From: Macrostomum lignano
Lineage: Eukaryota
Assembly (NCBI GenBank): GCA_002269645.1
Contig: NIVC01001877.1
Location: forward strand, 1 to 64,000
Direction: 5' to 3'
Length of the DNA: 64,000 bases
A model generated the notes under the pieces. It was not told the DNA's origin and made no database searches. It was given only the letters and a program-made list of their open reading frames with translations. Below are positions 1 through 11,700 of the stretch, one piece after another (the stretch's first letter is position 1; every line of letters starts with the position of its first letter). A program made the translations under genes and the position numbers.

Positions 1-1436
1 AGAGGAGAGGAGAGGAGAGGAGAGGAGAGAGGAGGAGAGGAGAGGAGAGGGAGGAGAGGAGTAGAGGAGAGGAGAAGAGAGGAGAGGAGAGAGGAGAGGA
101 GAGGAGAGGAGAGGAGAGGAGAGGAGAGGAGAGGAGAGGAGAGAGAGGAGAGGAGAGGAGAGCGAGAGGAGAGGAGAGGGAGAGGAGAGGAGAGAGAGAG
201 GAGAGGAGGAGAGGAGAAGGAAAGGAGAGGAGAGAGAGGAGAGAGAGGAGAGGAGAGGAGAGGAGAGGAGAGGAGAGGAGAGGAGAGGAGAGGAGAGGAG
301 AGGAGAGGAGAGGAGAGGAGAAGAGGAGAGGAGAGGAGAGGAGAGGAGAGGAGAGGAAGGAGAGGAGAGGAGAGGAGAGAGGAGGAGAGGGGAGGAGAGG
401 AGAGAAGAGGAGAGAAGAGGAGAGGAGAGGAGAGGAGAGGAGAGGAGAGGAGGAGAGAGAGAGAGAGGAGGAGAGGAGAGGAGAGTAGAGGGAGGAGAGG
501 AGAGGGAGAGTAGTGGAGCGAGAGAGAAGAGAGGAGAGGAGAGCAGAGAGAGGAGAGGAGAGGAGAGGAGAGGAGAGAGAGGAGAGGAGAGGAGAGGAGA
601 GGAGAGGAGAGGAGAGAGGAGAGAGAGGAGAGGAAGGAGAGAGAGGAGAGGAGAGGAGAGGAGAGGGAGGAGAGAGAATGAGTCGAGAGGAGAGGAGAGG
701 AGAGGAGGAAGGAGAGGAGAGGAGAGTAGAGGAGAGTAGAGGAGAGGAGAGGAGAGGAGAGGAGAGGAGAGGAGAGGAGAGGAGAGGAGAGGAGAGGAGA
801 GGAGAGAGAGGAGAGGAGAGGAGAGGAGAGTAGAGGAGAGGAGAGGAGAGAGAGAGGAGAGGAGAGTAGAGGAGAGGAGAGGAGAGGAGAGGAGAGGAGA
901 GGAGAGGAGAGGAGAGGAGAGGAGAGGAGAGGAGAGGAGAGGAGAGGAGAGGAGAGGAGTGGAGAGGAGAAGAGAGGAGAGGAGAGGAGAGGAGAGGAGA
1001 GGAGAGGAGAGGAGAGGAGAGGAGAGGAGAGGAGAGTAGAGGAGAGGAGAGGAGAGGAGAGGAGAGGAGAGGAGAGTAGAGGAGAGGAGAGAGAGGAGAG
1101 GAGAGGAGAGGAGAGGAGAGGAGAGGAGAGGAGAGGAGAGGAGAGGAGAGAGAGAGAGAGGAGAGGAGAGGAGAGGAGAGGAGAGGAGAGGAGAGGAGAG
1201 GAGAGGGAGAGGAGAGGAGAGGAGAGGAGAGGAGAGGAGAGGAGGAGAGGAGAGGAGTGGAGTGGGAGAGGAGAGGAGAGGAGAGGAGAGGAGAGGAGAG
1301 GAGAGGAGAGGAGATGAGTCGAGACGAGAGGAGAGGAGAGAGAGGAGAGGAGAGGAGAGGAGGAGAGGAGAGGAGAGGAGAGGAGAGGAGAGGAGAGGAG
1401 AGGAGAGGAGAGGAGAGTAGAGGAGAGGAGAGAAGA
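1..1436. repeat. (GAGAG)n purine-rich microsatellite tract
   Basis: Near-continuous AGAGG/GAGAG repeats from the window start; the ORFs over it (513-833, 1257-1496) are low-complexity artefacts. Confidence 0.98.
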
Positions 1437-2256
1437 AATGAGAAATACATGCATTCGTGTTCATATACGGATTTAGAAATTTCAAAGCTCTATTGAGGCA
1501 GCAAATTCAGCGGCTTAAGCTTGAGCCTCGATGCGATTCGCGCGCAAATTGAGCAACAGGATGAGAGGACTGAGAGCGTGGCAGTGCGGGATCTGAACAG
1601 GATTTGAAGCACACTTATTCCACGGCAGAATGAAAATCGATAGAACTAGTCCCGGATACAAGTGCTACAAACAGGAACCTGCATGTTGAGAGCGACAGGT
1701 TTGGCTAAAATGCCGTCGCTATGGCGACAAGCCAACAAGCGTGCGGTTGCAACCCGGCCGGAGTTAAAAATCAGATAAACATTCGGTCATTCAAGAAGAC
1801 TAATTGAGTTTGCTCAATTCGAATCAACCCTTCCTCCAAAACTTACTCTCGGGTCTTAGCTCCACAGTTCTCGGGTATTCCCTATCTCTAAAAGCCTGCG
1901 TTGCCTTTAGCAACGGCCAATCCTCCCATCCCGCCCTGTCCGCCCGCATATCCCTCGCCTGTCCGTCTGTCTCTTCTTGATTAATCTGTTCGATAAGTCC
2001 CTGTCACGGCCTTCCAACTCTCGCTCTTTCCCTCCCCGCCAGCCTCGAATTTTCGAGGCTTTGATTGGCCTTGGACAGGATTTGAGAAAGATGAGCTTTC
2101 GTCCACCTACCGCCTCCCTCCCTTGGCGGGGGGGAAGCTAGAGCAAGGCCCCGAACTAAAAAGGCGAGCTGGATTTATTCAGTCTCTCTCAGCTCTCGCT
2201 CAGTCGCCGCCTCGTTGCACCAGGTCACTAGGATGCACAGCGTGTTCCCCTATGCC

Positions 2257-5200
2257 ATGCCCTGCCAGGTGCGCCAGCTCGCCCTGCTCGAGGCCGGCTG
2301 CCAGCCCTGGAACTCGGACACTCTGGCCTGCTCTCCGGACGCCAGCCGGTTCGCCTTTGCCGCCACCCTCGCGTCTACGTCTACGAGAAGTCCGGCGGCG
2401 CTGTGTTCAACCGACGGGCCGCACCAACTCGTGGCGGTGATGTCGAGGCACCGGAAAACCATCACCTCGCTGGCTTGGCACCCCACCGACTCCGATCTGT
2501 TCGCTTCGGCGAGCGCCGATCCCATGCTGCTAGTGTGGAACGTCCGTCGACAAACGGCGGTGGCGCAGATCTCCAAGCCGGAGCTGCCGCCGCAGATGCA
2601 GCCGCGCTGCCTGGCCTTTCTGCCGTACAGTCACGGCACCGTCAGCTTCTTGGACGGCTGCGGCCCCCTGCTGCTGTGGAATTACGCCGGCGAGTGCCCG
2701 TCGGCCGCCGCCGCCGCCGCCGCTTCGGCCGGATCAACTGTCGGCGGGACGACGTCGTTTTCAACGACGATGACAGCTACGACGACGACTCCGGCCCCGA
2801 CGGTGCACAAGGAGACGCAGGCTCTGGCAGTCCAGGTGACCGTCTATCGATGGCATCCGAGTTGCTGCGCGCCACGGCCACGGGGTCTGGTGGCGCTGGG
2901 CCACGAGGACGGCACTCTGAGCGTGCTCCGGCCTGGCCAGGAAAGCCTGCGTCGGGTCACCTTTCTGGAGTGCGAAGACGACTACGACGAGGAGGCGGAC
3001 GACGCGGTGCTGGGCATGGAGTGGGACGGCCTGTCGCAGAGCTACCTGTTGTTGGATTCACGCTGCATCGGACTTCGACTAGTCGACGTCGACGCCCAGA
3101 CCACCGTGGCCGCCTTCCAGCAGTTGGCAAATCCAGCGGCCTCATCGAGCCTCGCCTGGCTGCCTGACGCCCCCGGCTTGTTCGTGGCCGGAGACTCCTC
3201 GGCCGGGGTGCTCCGAGTCTACACCGTTTCCAAGGCGTCCGCGTTGGAGACGCTCCGTTTAAAACGGGCCGGATTTCGAAATCTTCGAGTTGTGAAAGCG
3301 CCACCGCCAACAGCGGCTGAGGACGCGCCGCCAGCCGAAGCTGCGCCACCAGCGACCTCTGGCGGGCATCCCCTGCCTGACTGTCTGCTGCTGTGCACTT
3401 TTCTCGACGGCGGCGTCGGCTTATTTGACCTCCGCCGTCGGGACTGCACTTCCTGCGCGAGATGGGCCCACGTGGAGACCGTTTTCGACTGCCAGTTCAG
3501 CCCACGCGACGAGAACCTGCTGGCTACGGGCAGCTTCGATGGCACCGTGAAGCTCTGGCGCCTCGGCTCCGGGCCGGGCGCCGGTGGCGGCTGCTGCCTC
3601 AGCGGCTTTGCTCCGATGCAGAGCTCGCCAGGTAACGAAGGCATCGTCTACAGCATCGCCTGGAGCGCTGATGGCAGACGAATCGCGGGCGCTACGGCGA
3701 AGAACGGCATTTTTGTCTACGACACCGTCGCCGGGGTCATGGAGCCGCGCCGATGCGACGAGCACGGAGCTGAGGCCGTCTACTGCGTCAGCTGGAACAG
3801 CCGGTCGCCGCACCAGCTGGCCTCCGCCTCGGCCGACTGCAGCTGCGTCGTCCGCTGCCTCGACGACAAGGACGGCCAGCTGCGCCGAGGCGTCTCGACC
3901 ATCCGGCGCCGGTGTTCGGCGTTGCCTGGCATCAGCAGACGCGGGACATCCTGGCCACGGCCTGCGAAGACAAAGCTGTCCGGGTCTACTATCTGGCCGG
4001 GGCGGGCGGCGACCGACCGAGCCGCCTGTTCACCGGACACTCCAGCAAAGTGTTCGGCGTTCGCTGGTCGCCGCTCCGTGACAGCTACCTGTGCAGCGGT
4101 TCGGACGACGGCACAATTCGAGTCTGGGACTGCACCGGTGAGAAGAGCGTCGCCCATCTAAAGGGCCACACCGGGCCAGTGCGGGGACTCGCCTGGCACA
4201 CGGAGCTGGCGCACCTGCTGCTGTCAGGTAGCTGGGACTGCCAAATTCACTGCTGGGACATCCGCGACGGCTCCTGTCTGGCCGCCGTTGCCGACCATCG
4301 AGCCGACGTCTACGGCCTCGCGCTGCACCCTCACCGGCCGATGCTGCTGGCCTCGTGCTCGCGGGACTCAACCCTGCGTCTCTGGTCCCTGACTGAGCTC
4401 GCCGGCCCGCTGCCCGCCTGCCTGCTGTTCCGGGGCCTCGCCGACGCCTGCTTCGCCCCGGCCGAAGCCGTTCTCAAGCAGCCCGGCCTGGTGGCGCTGT
4501 CTGGCGCCGAGTCGCGCCGGCTGCAGCGCGGAGGAGACGTCGGCGACAACCAGCTGCCGTTGTTTCTGCACGCCAGCCCGGCGGCTGTCGACCTGCGCGA
4601 CCTGTACCGGGTAGCGATGAGAGGCGAACCGTCGGCTGCTCTCGGCGACTCCTACGGACGGCCAGGTGGTCACGTGGCTGCTCGCGACCTGTTGAAATTC
4701 GCAACCAGTCGGGCGCAGCGACTGGAGGCTTCGACGTCGTCGGCGTCAGCCTCGGCGTCGGCGTCTGTCTCGATGTCGTCGAGCCGGCGACGTCAGCTGG
4801 CCGAGGCGGCCGCCGCGCATCTTCGCTGCGGCAATCTGCGCCGCTACTGCCAGCTGCAGGCCGAGTTGGGCCGCTGGGAGCGCGCTCTGGCGCTGGCGCC
4901 GGGAGTTGGCGCCGATTTCTGGCGCCAGATGAGCCGGCAGTATGCGGCGGCTGCCTCTGGTGGCGGCGTCAACGCCTCAACGCTTGAACTGGACGATCTG
5001 GTGGCTTTTGCCGTGGCCACGGGAGACGCCGACCGTGCGGTCCGGCTGTTGAACAGTCACGGCAAATTCCCCGAGGCGTTGCTGGTGGCCCAAGCCGACT
5101 GCGAAGGTCTATTCAGCGGCGGAGCTCCGACGAATGACGACTCAAACCATCGCCGAGACTGGCCGATGAACTCCGGCAAGCCGGACAACGAGGCTTGGAC

Positions 5201-5925
5201 AACGCTGGCTGAGTCACTGTACCGGCGCGGACAGCCAGTGGACTCCGCCTGCTGCCACTTGGCCTGCGGGCAGGCGACGGCCGCCTTGGCCAAGCTGGTG
5301 CGAGCCAACGAGCTGGACTTAGCTCTGTGGCTCGTCGTACAGGAGGAGCGACGTCGCCGACAAAAAGGAGGCGACGTAGACAAGAAAGACAAAGACGAAG
5401 ATTATCGAAGGTTGACCGATCTGACTGCGGAGCTGTGCCTCCTGCGGTTGGACCGCATGACTGGCCTGGACCTGCGCAGGCGGGCAGAGCTGGCAGCAAA
5501 CTTGGCGCAACTGCACAACGGCGGCGGCGGCGGTCAGAACGACCTTCTGGTCCGGTTCGCCTGTCGATTCTCGGCGTCAGCTAGCGACATCGACGCGCTG
5601 CACCGTCGGCTTGGCTTGCCAGACCGTGACGCCTGTCAGGTGTCGGCGGATCGACTAGCCTCGGAGCTGAAGGAGGTTTCAATTACCGCTGTGGCGAAGG
5701 AGCGTTCAAAACGACTGCTAGAAGCCGTGGGCTACTATTTGATGTCGTCGAACCCTCTAGCCGGGCTAGAGTTCGGTCTGGCCGCGGTGCGCAAGATCAT
5801 CGCCAATAGGGATTCGCCATGGACGCTGAAGTCTGTTGAAGGTCTAGTAGCTTTGATGAGCAACGTCAGGACCGGTGAGTTTTGGTTATTTTGGATGTAG
5901 CTAACTAACAAACAAACAAACAAAC

Positions 5926-5963
<38 letters not shown>

Positions 5964-5964
5964 G

Positions 5965-6000
<36 letters not shown>

Positions 6001-6633
6001 TACGCTCGTATACACAACTGAGTGTCCATTCCCCCAACCCCAGGCAAGCTCCAGCAAGCTTCCGCAGTGGAAGAGAAGAACCAGCTACTATTCCTGACCA
6101 CCTACCTTGGTGCTCTCAAAGCCATCCGTAGCGGCTACAGCCCCGTAGTGGCGCCGCTGTTCCGGCTGGCTCGCCTGCACTACGAGCGGCACAGGCCGGC
6201 CATGCAGCAGGCCTTCGGCCGGCAGCTCACAGGTGGCCAACTTGACAAGGAGCTGCACGCCTGGAAGCTCGTATCCAGAGGCTTGCAGCAGGCGACCGTC
6301 CCCGCGGCTTCAGCAGCCGTAGGAGGTTCGCCAGATGCTCGACGTCTGCCAGAGGAGATTCGATCGATCTGGACGGCCCTGGTGCACCGAATCGGCGGAG
6401 ATGGCAGCGGCGGCGTCATCGGCCAGGAGTTTGGCGAGGACGTCGCTGCTGGCTCGGCACTGCCGTACCATTCGGACTGCGAAGTTTGCTTCTTCGACGA
6501 TCGACGAATCCGCGGCCCGGCCTTTCATCTGGAGGACGGACGGAGCGCTATTGGTTACAACGACGCGACGATGTGGGCGAAGGTGAACGCCTTCTCGCCT
6601 AGCATGACCGGGGCGAGGATTAATCCGTTCTGA
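2257..6633 (+). CDS. WDR17: WD repeat-containing protein 17; exons 2257-5874 and 6044-6633, with 1-nt indels near 2372/2420, 3440/3463 and 3882
   Basis: Matches recalled WDR17 motifs from N- to C-terminus: QVRQLALLEAGCQPWN, HVETVFDCQF, HPAPVFGVAW, GHSSKVFGVRWSPLR, and terminal DATMWAKVNAFSPSMTGARINPF. Phase-1 intron ACCG|GTGAGT ... CCCCAG|GC joins the exons in frame. The start could alternatively be ATG 2233. Confidence 0.93.
5899..6001. repeat. (AACT)n/(AAAC)n microsatellite in the WDR17 intron
   Basis: Directly visible tandem ctaa/aaac units. Confidence 0.95.
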
Positions 6634-8429
6634 TGTTAGAATGGGGTTCATGGGAATTCCATGGGAATTCCAGCGGGAATTCCAGGGGCGCCAGCTATAG
6701 TTGGGGCGCTACCAGCAGAGACGCCGACAGTAAGCTCCCCTATGACTGCAGCTTGGATCTGGCTGCAATTAGAGCTATTAGTCAGTGAGTGAATGGCTAG
6801 GTTTGCATGTTTAGAAGATATTCAGGCAATGAATCTCGACGGAAAATTCTCTCCCGTGAAATTCTCGGGCTCCCATTATTAGACACTGAATGGGGCCGCT
6901 CGCTACATTTTTTGTAAAGTGAACTTTGTCAAAATTTTTCGGCAATCTAACTTATAATAGTTTTTTTTGCTCAGAAAGCTGAATAGCAGATTTTTTGGAA
7001 AAAAATAAAGGCATACTTTTGAGTTTGGTCGCCTCCCCCCTTTTAGGTGGAGAGCAGAAAAAATCAAAAGGGGACCTTGAAACGAATTTTCCACCCCCCT
7101 TGGGTCTTACATAGCCCAGCCAAAGTTAAGTCTACATTGTATACAGTATAAAACGATACAAATTCCAACAATAATAAACCCATGCAAAAGCTCAATCAAA
7201 AGTAGCTTAAAATCAAATATAGGCGAGTGGCCCATCAATTAACTGCTTTTTTCAATATCTGTAGCTCCGGGTGGGATTCACATCCTATTCTTTGATGATT
7301 AGCAGTAAACATATATACATGTATGTAAATGACACACTGACTAAACATTCACTGCTTTGTTAATTAAACGAGTCGTGTTATCTATATATTTATATTATAA
7401 ACAAAAGCTTATTAAGTCCCACTCTCAATAAAGAAAACTTCGCTAGTACACTACCAAACAAGAGTATTCGAACTGTAGACATTGTTAAAATTAGAATGCT
7501 ATATACACTTATAGCTAATTGAACTTGAAGATCGAATGGATAATTGCAAAAGCTTGATTACAGTTACAGTGTAGTTTGTCACATCTTGATTTGGCTATCT
7601 AATCTAACTTACATGACCCGTTTTGCGCCCAGTCAAAAGCACAACCCCCAAATTTATGGTCAAATGCTTTTTATATTTAATTATTATTACTCTGCAGTTG
7701 TTTCTACCTTTTGAAGCAAAAGTGCCAGTTAAAAGGTAATTCAATCGTAAAAGGAAAAAATATAAACAATAAACGCTTCGTAAGATTCTCATTTTAATAT
7801 AATTTAGCATTGAAAACTGCAGATGCATGCCGTCTCTTTACGTATGATTAACTGTTTTATTCAAACATCAAACATTATACGAGTACTCTTTAAGCACAGT
7901 AAAACAAAGAATATCAAAATAAATTCAAGAGAACTACCAAAAGAAGTTCAATAAAAGTGATAAATTTTGCCAATTAAGCAAGCAAGAAATCAGGTGAAAC
8001 AATGATTTACTAAAGTGTGAAAAAATTCGAATAACAACAAATCACTTTAACAAAACCTACGCTAGAAAGTTAAAGTGCACGGACGGGCGTTTAGTTGAAG
8101 TTTGGCAACGAAGACTTCGCTTTTGATGTTGCCTCGCCTGACATTCTTTTGTGGTATAAAGAAGTACACTGGATAGTGAACTACAATGCACGGAGGTCAT
8201 GCGCAATATGAGATAATAACATATAAACATTTATTTCAGCACAGCCAATAAGTACGAGAGAAACAAGTTTAAATAAACTAAGACAAGGACGCACAGACAC
8301 ACAGAAGACAAATTATAATATATAGTGTGCAGTGGCAGTAGGACAATGACAATAATTGAGATGGTTCTCATCCAAATAATTTCTCTTTAAGATGCAAACT
8401 TAACTGATATTATACAAAAAATTAACACC

Positions 8430-8660
8430 CACCTCAATCCATCCACAGCCAATGGGAGAGTCGTAACGTCCTACCCCTTTATAAATATTCTTGACACCCA
8501 CCCCACTCCATCCCCCAGACAACGATAGAGTCGTGACTTCTTACCCCTTCTGTGACTATTCTTAACACCCACCTCCATCGCTCAGCCAATAGGAGAATCG
8601 TGACTTCTTACCCCTCTGTGACTATTCTTGACATCCACCTCACTCCGAGGTCAGCAAATA
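8430..8660. repeat. Degenerate copies of the 66-bp unit found at 10068-10790
   Basis: Shared blocks gacacccacctc, cagccaat and gacttcttacccc recur about four times. Confidence 0.7.
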
Positions 8661-8787
8661 TAGAAGAGCTTCGAGTGACGTCATATCAATGTAACAACCG
8701 CTAAGATCAACCGTAAGCAACGCGTTGAAATTTTTATAAAAATTAGCCCAACAATGGACGGACTGAGCTGGAAATACAGCAATTAAA

Positions 8788-11700
8788 TCATAGATCATTA
8801 TCGGCGCTGACTCGCGGTTTCAGCATGCGATTAAGCCGGGACTGCCCAATCGATGACGTCATCGAAGAGACGGCCTCGTTTAGTTTGGCTTTTTTAGCCA
8901 AATCCAACGGCGATAGATTTCTGCCGTTCCGTTTGTTAATATCGGCGCCGTGCCTGCAATTTAAAAGCATTTTTACAATAGCTAGTATTTTTGTAAAAAA
9001 AGAACGTTTAAAAAGAAAGAAAATAAGTTTCACACTCACTTTAACAATAGATCTACAATTGCCTGTCCATCGTAGCCCTTCATAACGGCTTCATGCAGCG
9101 GTGTGTTGCCTTTCCTGTATATTGTGTGAACGAATTCGACTTTTTAGTAACATGTTTTCAGCAGGGAGACAGGGTGGAAATGACGAAGACAATAGATGGA
9201 TGAGATAGACAGTGGGCGAGTTAGACAAACAGGGAGATAAAGTAGACAGAAAGTGGACGAGGGATATAGGGAGGAGGATAAGGTAGACAGAGAGGGAGAT
9301 AAGGTAGACAGGGAGGGGGATAAGGTAGACAGAGAGGGAGATAAGGTAGACAGAGAGGGGGATAAGGTAGACAGGGAGGGAGATAAGGTAGACAGGGAGG
9401 GGGATAAGGTAGACAGAGAGGGAGATAAGGTAGACAGGGAGGGGGATAAGGTAGACAGGGAGGGGGATAAGGTAGACAGAGAGGGAGATAAGGTAGACAG
9501 AGAGGGGGATAAGGTAGACAGGGAGGGAGATAAGGTAGACAGGGAGGGGGATAAGGTAGACAGAGAGGGAGATAAGGTAGACAGGGAGGGGGATAAGGTA
9601 GACAGGGAGGGGGATAAGGTAGACAGGGAGGGGGATGAGGTAGACAGGGAGGGTGATAAGGTAGACAGGGAGGGAGATAAGGTAGACAGGGCCGGGGACA
9701 GTTGACAGGGTGAATGACAGAGATGGGCAATGGGCGAGTCGTGACTAGTGCATGCTAACTGCAGCCGTAGTAGCTCACTCTTTTCCAGCAGTGTTCACAT
9801 CGGCGCCCAGCTGCAGTAGTTCTTTGACAGCGTCAAAGTGAAGATTCCGGACGGCAACGCTTAGTACTGGAACTCCGTTAGCGTTGAAAGCCTTGGGATC
9901 TGCCGACTAGAATCGATAGAAGTGGTGAGTTTTGGGACTTTTGAATGTCAGAATATCTATCTGTATGCCTAGTACCTAAAATGTTTTAAAAGTCGCTCAG
10001 CCAAATGAGAGCCGCGACTTCTTACTCCCTGTGGCTATTTCGAATTAGGTCTAACTCCAACACGCAGCCAATGAGAGAGCAAATACTTCTTACCCCGTGG
10101 CTTTGTTGACACCCACCTCACTACACCCCTCAGCCAATGAGAGAGCAGAGACTTCTTACCCCGTGGCTTTGTTGACACCCACCTCACTACACCCTCAGCC
10201 AATGAGAGAGCAGAGACTTCTTACCCCGTGGCTTTGTTGACACCCACCTCACTACACCCCTCAGCCAATGAGAGAGCAGAGACTTCTTACCCCGTGGCTT
10301 TGTTGACACCCACCTCACTACACCCCTCAGCCAATGAGAGAGCAGAGACTTCTTACCCCGTGGCTTTGTTGACACCCACCTCACTACACCCCTCAGCCAA
10401 TGAGAGAGCAGAGACTTCTTACCCCGTGGCTTTGTTGACACCCACCTCACTACACCCCTCAGCCAATGAGAGAGCAGAGACTTCTTACCCCGTGGCTTTG
10501 TTGACACCCACCTCACTACACCCCTCAGCCAATGAGAGAGCAGAGACTTCTTACCCCGTGGCTTTGTTGACACCCACCTCACTACACCCCTCAGCCAATG
10601 AGAGAGCAGAGACTTCTTACCCCGTGGCTTTGTTGACACCCACCTCACTACACCCCTCAGCCAATGAGAGAGCAGAGACTTCTTACCCCGTGGCTTTGTT
10701 GACACCCACCTCACTACACCCCTCAGCCAATGAGAAAGCAGAGACCTCTTACCCACTGTGGCTATTTTGACTCCCACCTCATTCTTTCTCTCAGACAAAA
10801 AAAGACCAATAGCTGCTACCTTCTGGCTTTATTTTGAAAGTTAAAACTGCTCACTCACCTGTTCAGTCACCAAGGCGTGAATCTCCTCGGGCCTGCCTTC
10901 ACCTTTAGCTCCGCATTCGCGAAACAAAGCTTTGTCAGCCGGCTAAATTAAAAATGAAAAAAATCAGTCGATATACATTAGCTCCATGTCTGTTTTATCA
11001 GAACTAAAATTTGTCTCACCTTCATCTCTTCTCCGTCGGATTTTCTGCCGCTCTTTTTCGGCCCTGCCGACGACCTTTTGGCCGGTGCTCGCCTCCCCGA
11101 TCGCCGAGTTTCCCGTTCAGTGCCTGAATTCGGTTTAATTATTTATTGCTCTGACAGATTAGGCTAGTTACAGGTACCACACAGCTAGATACAGACACAG
11201 CAGGCTACTTACAGACACATCAACATGCTACTTACAGACACAGCAGCAGGCTAGTTACAGGTACCACACAGCTAGATACAGACACAACAGGCTAGTTACA
11301 GACACAACAGGCTAGTTACAGACACAGCAGCAGGCTAGTTACAGACACAACAGGCTAGTTACAGACACAGCAGCAGGCTAGTTACAGACACAACAGGCTA
11401 GTTACACACACAGCAACAGGCTAGTTACACACACAGCAACAGGCTAGTTACACACACAGCAACAGGCTAGTTACAGACACAGCAACAGGCTAGTTACAGA
11501 CACAACAGGCTAGTTACAGACACAACAGGCTAGTTACACACACAGCAGGCTAGTTACAGACACAGCAGCAGGCTAGTTACAGACACAGCAACAGGCTAGT
11601 TACAGACACAGCAACAGGCTAGTTACACACAGCAGCAGGCTAGTTACACACAGCAGCAGGCTAGTTACACACAGCAGCAGGCTAGTTACACACAGCAGCA

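Noticed and set aside
1490-1730. Short coding-like stretch (SLDAIRAQIEQQDERTES)
   Set aside because: Ends in a stop, with no convincing splice sites or homology.
6640-6775. Minus-strand exon-like stretch (TTGCAG|..QIQAAVIGELTVG..) just beyond the WDR17 stop
   Set aside because: No partner donor or homology, and DZANK1 already terminates at 8788.
10068-10790. Possible CRISPR-like array (also 17960-19065 and 30665-31292)
   Set aside because: Units are head to tail with no unique spacers and no cas genes; these are eukaryotic minisatellites.
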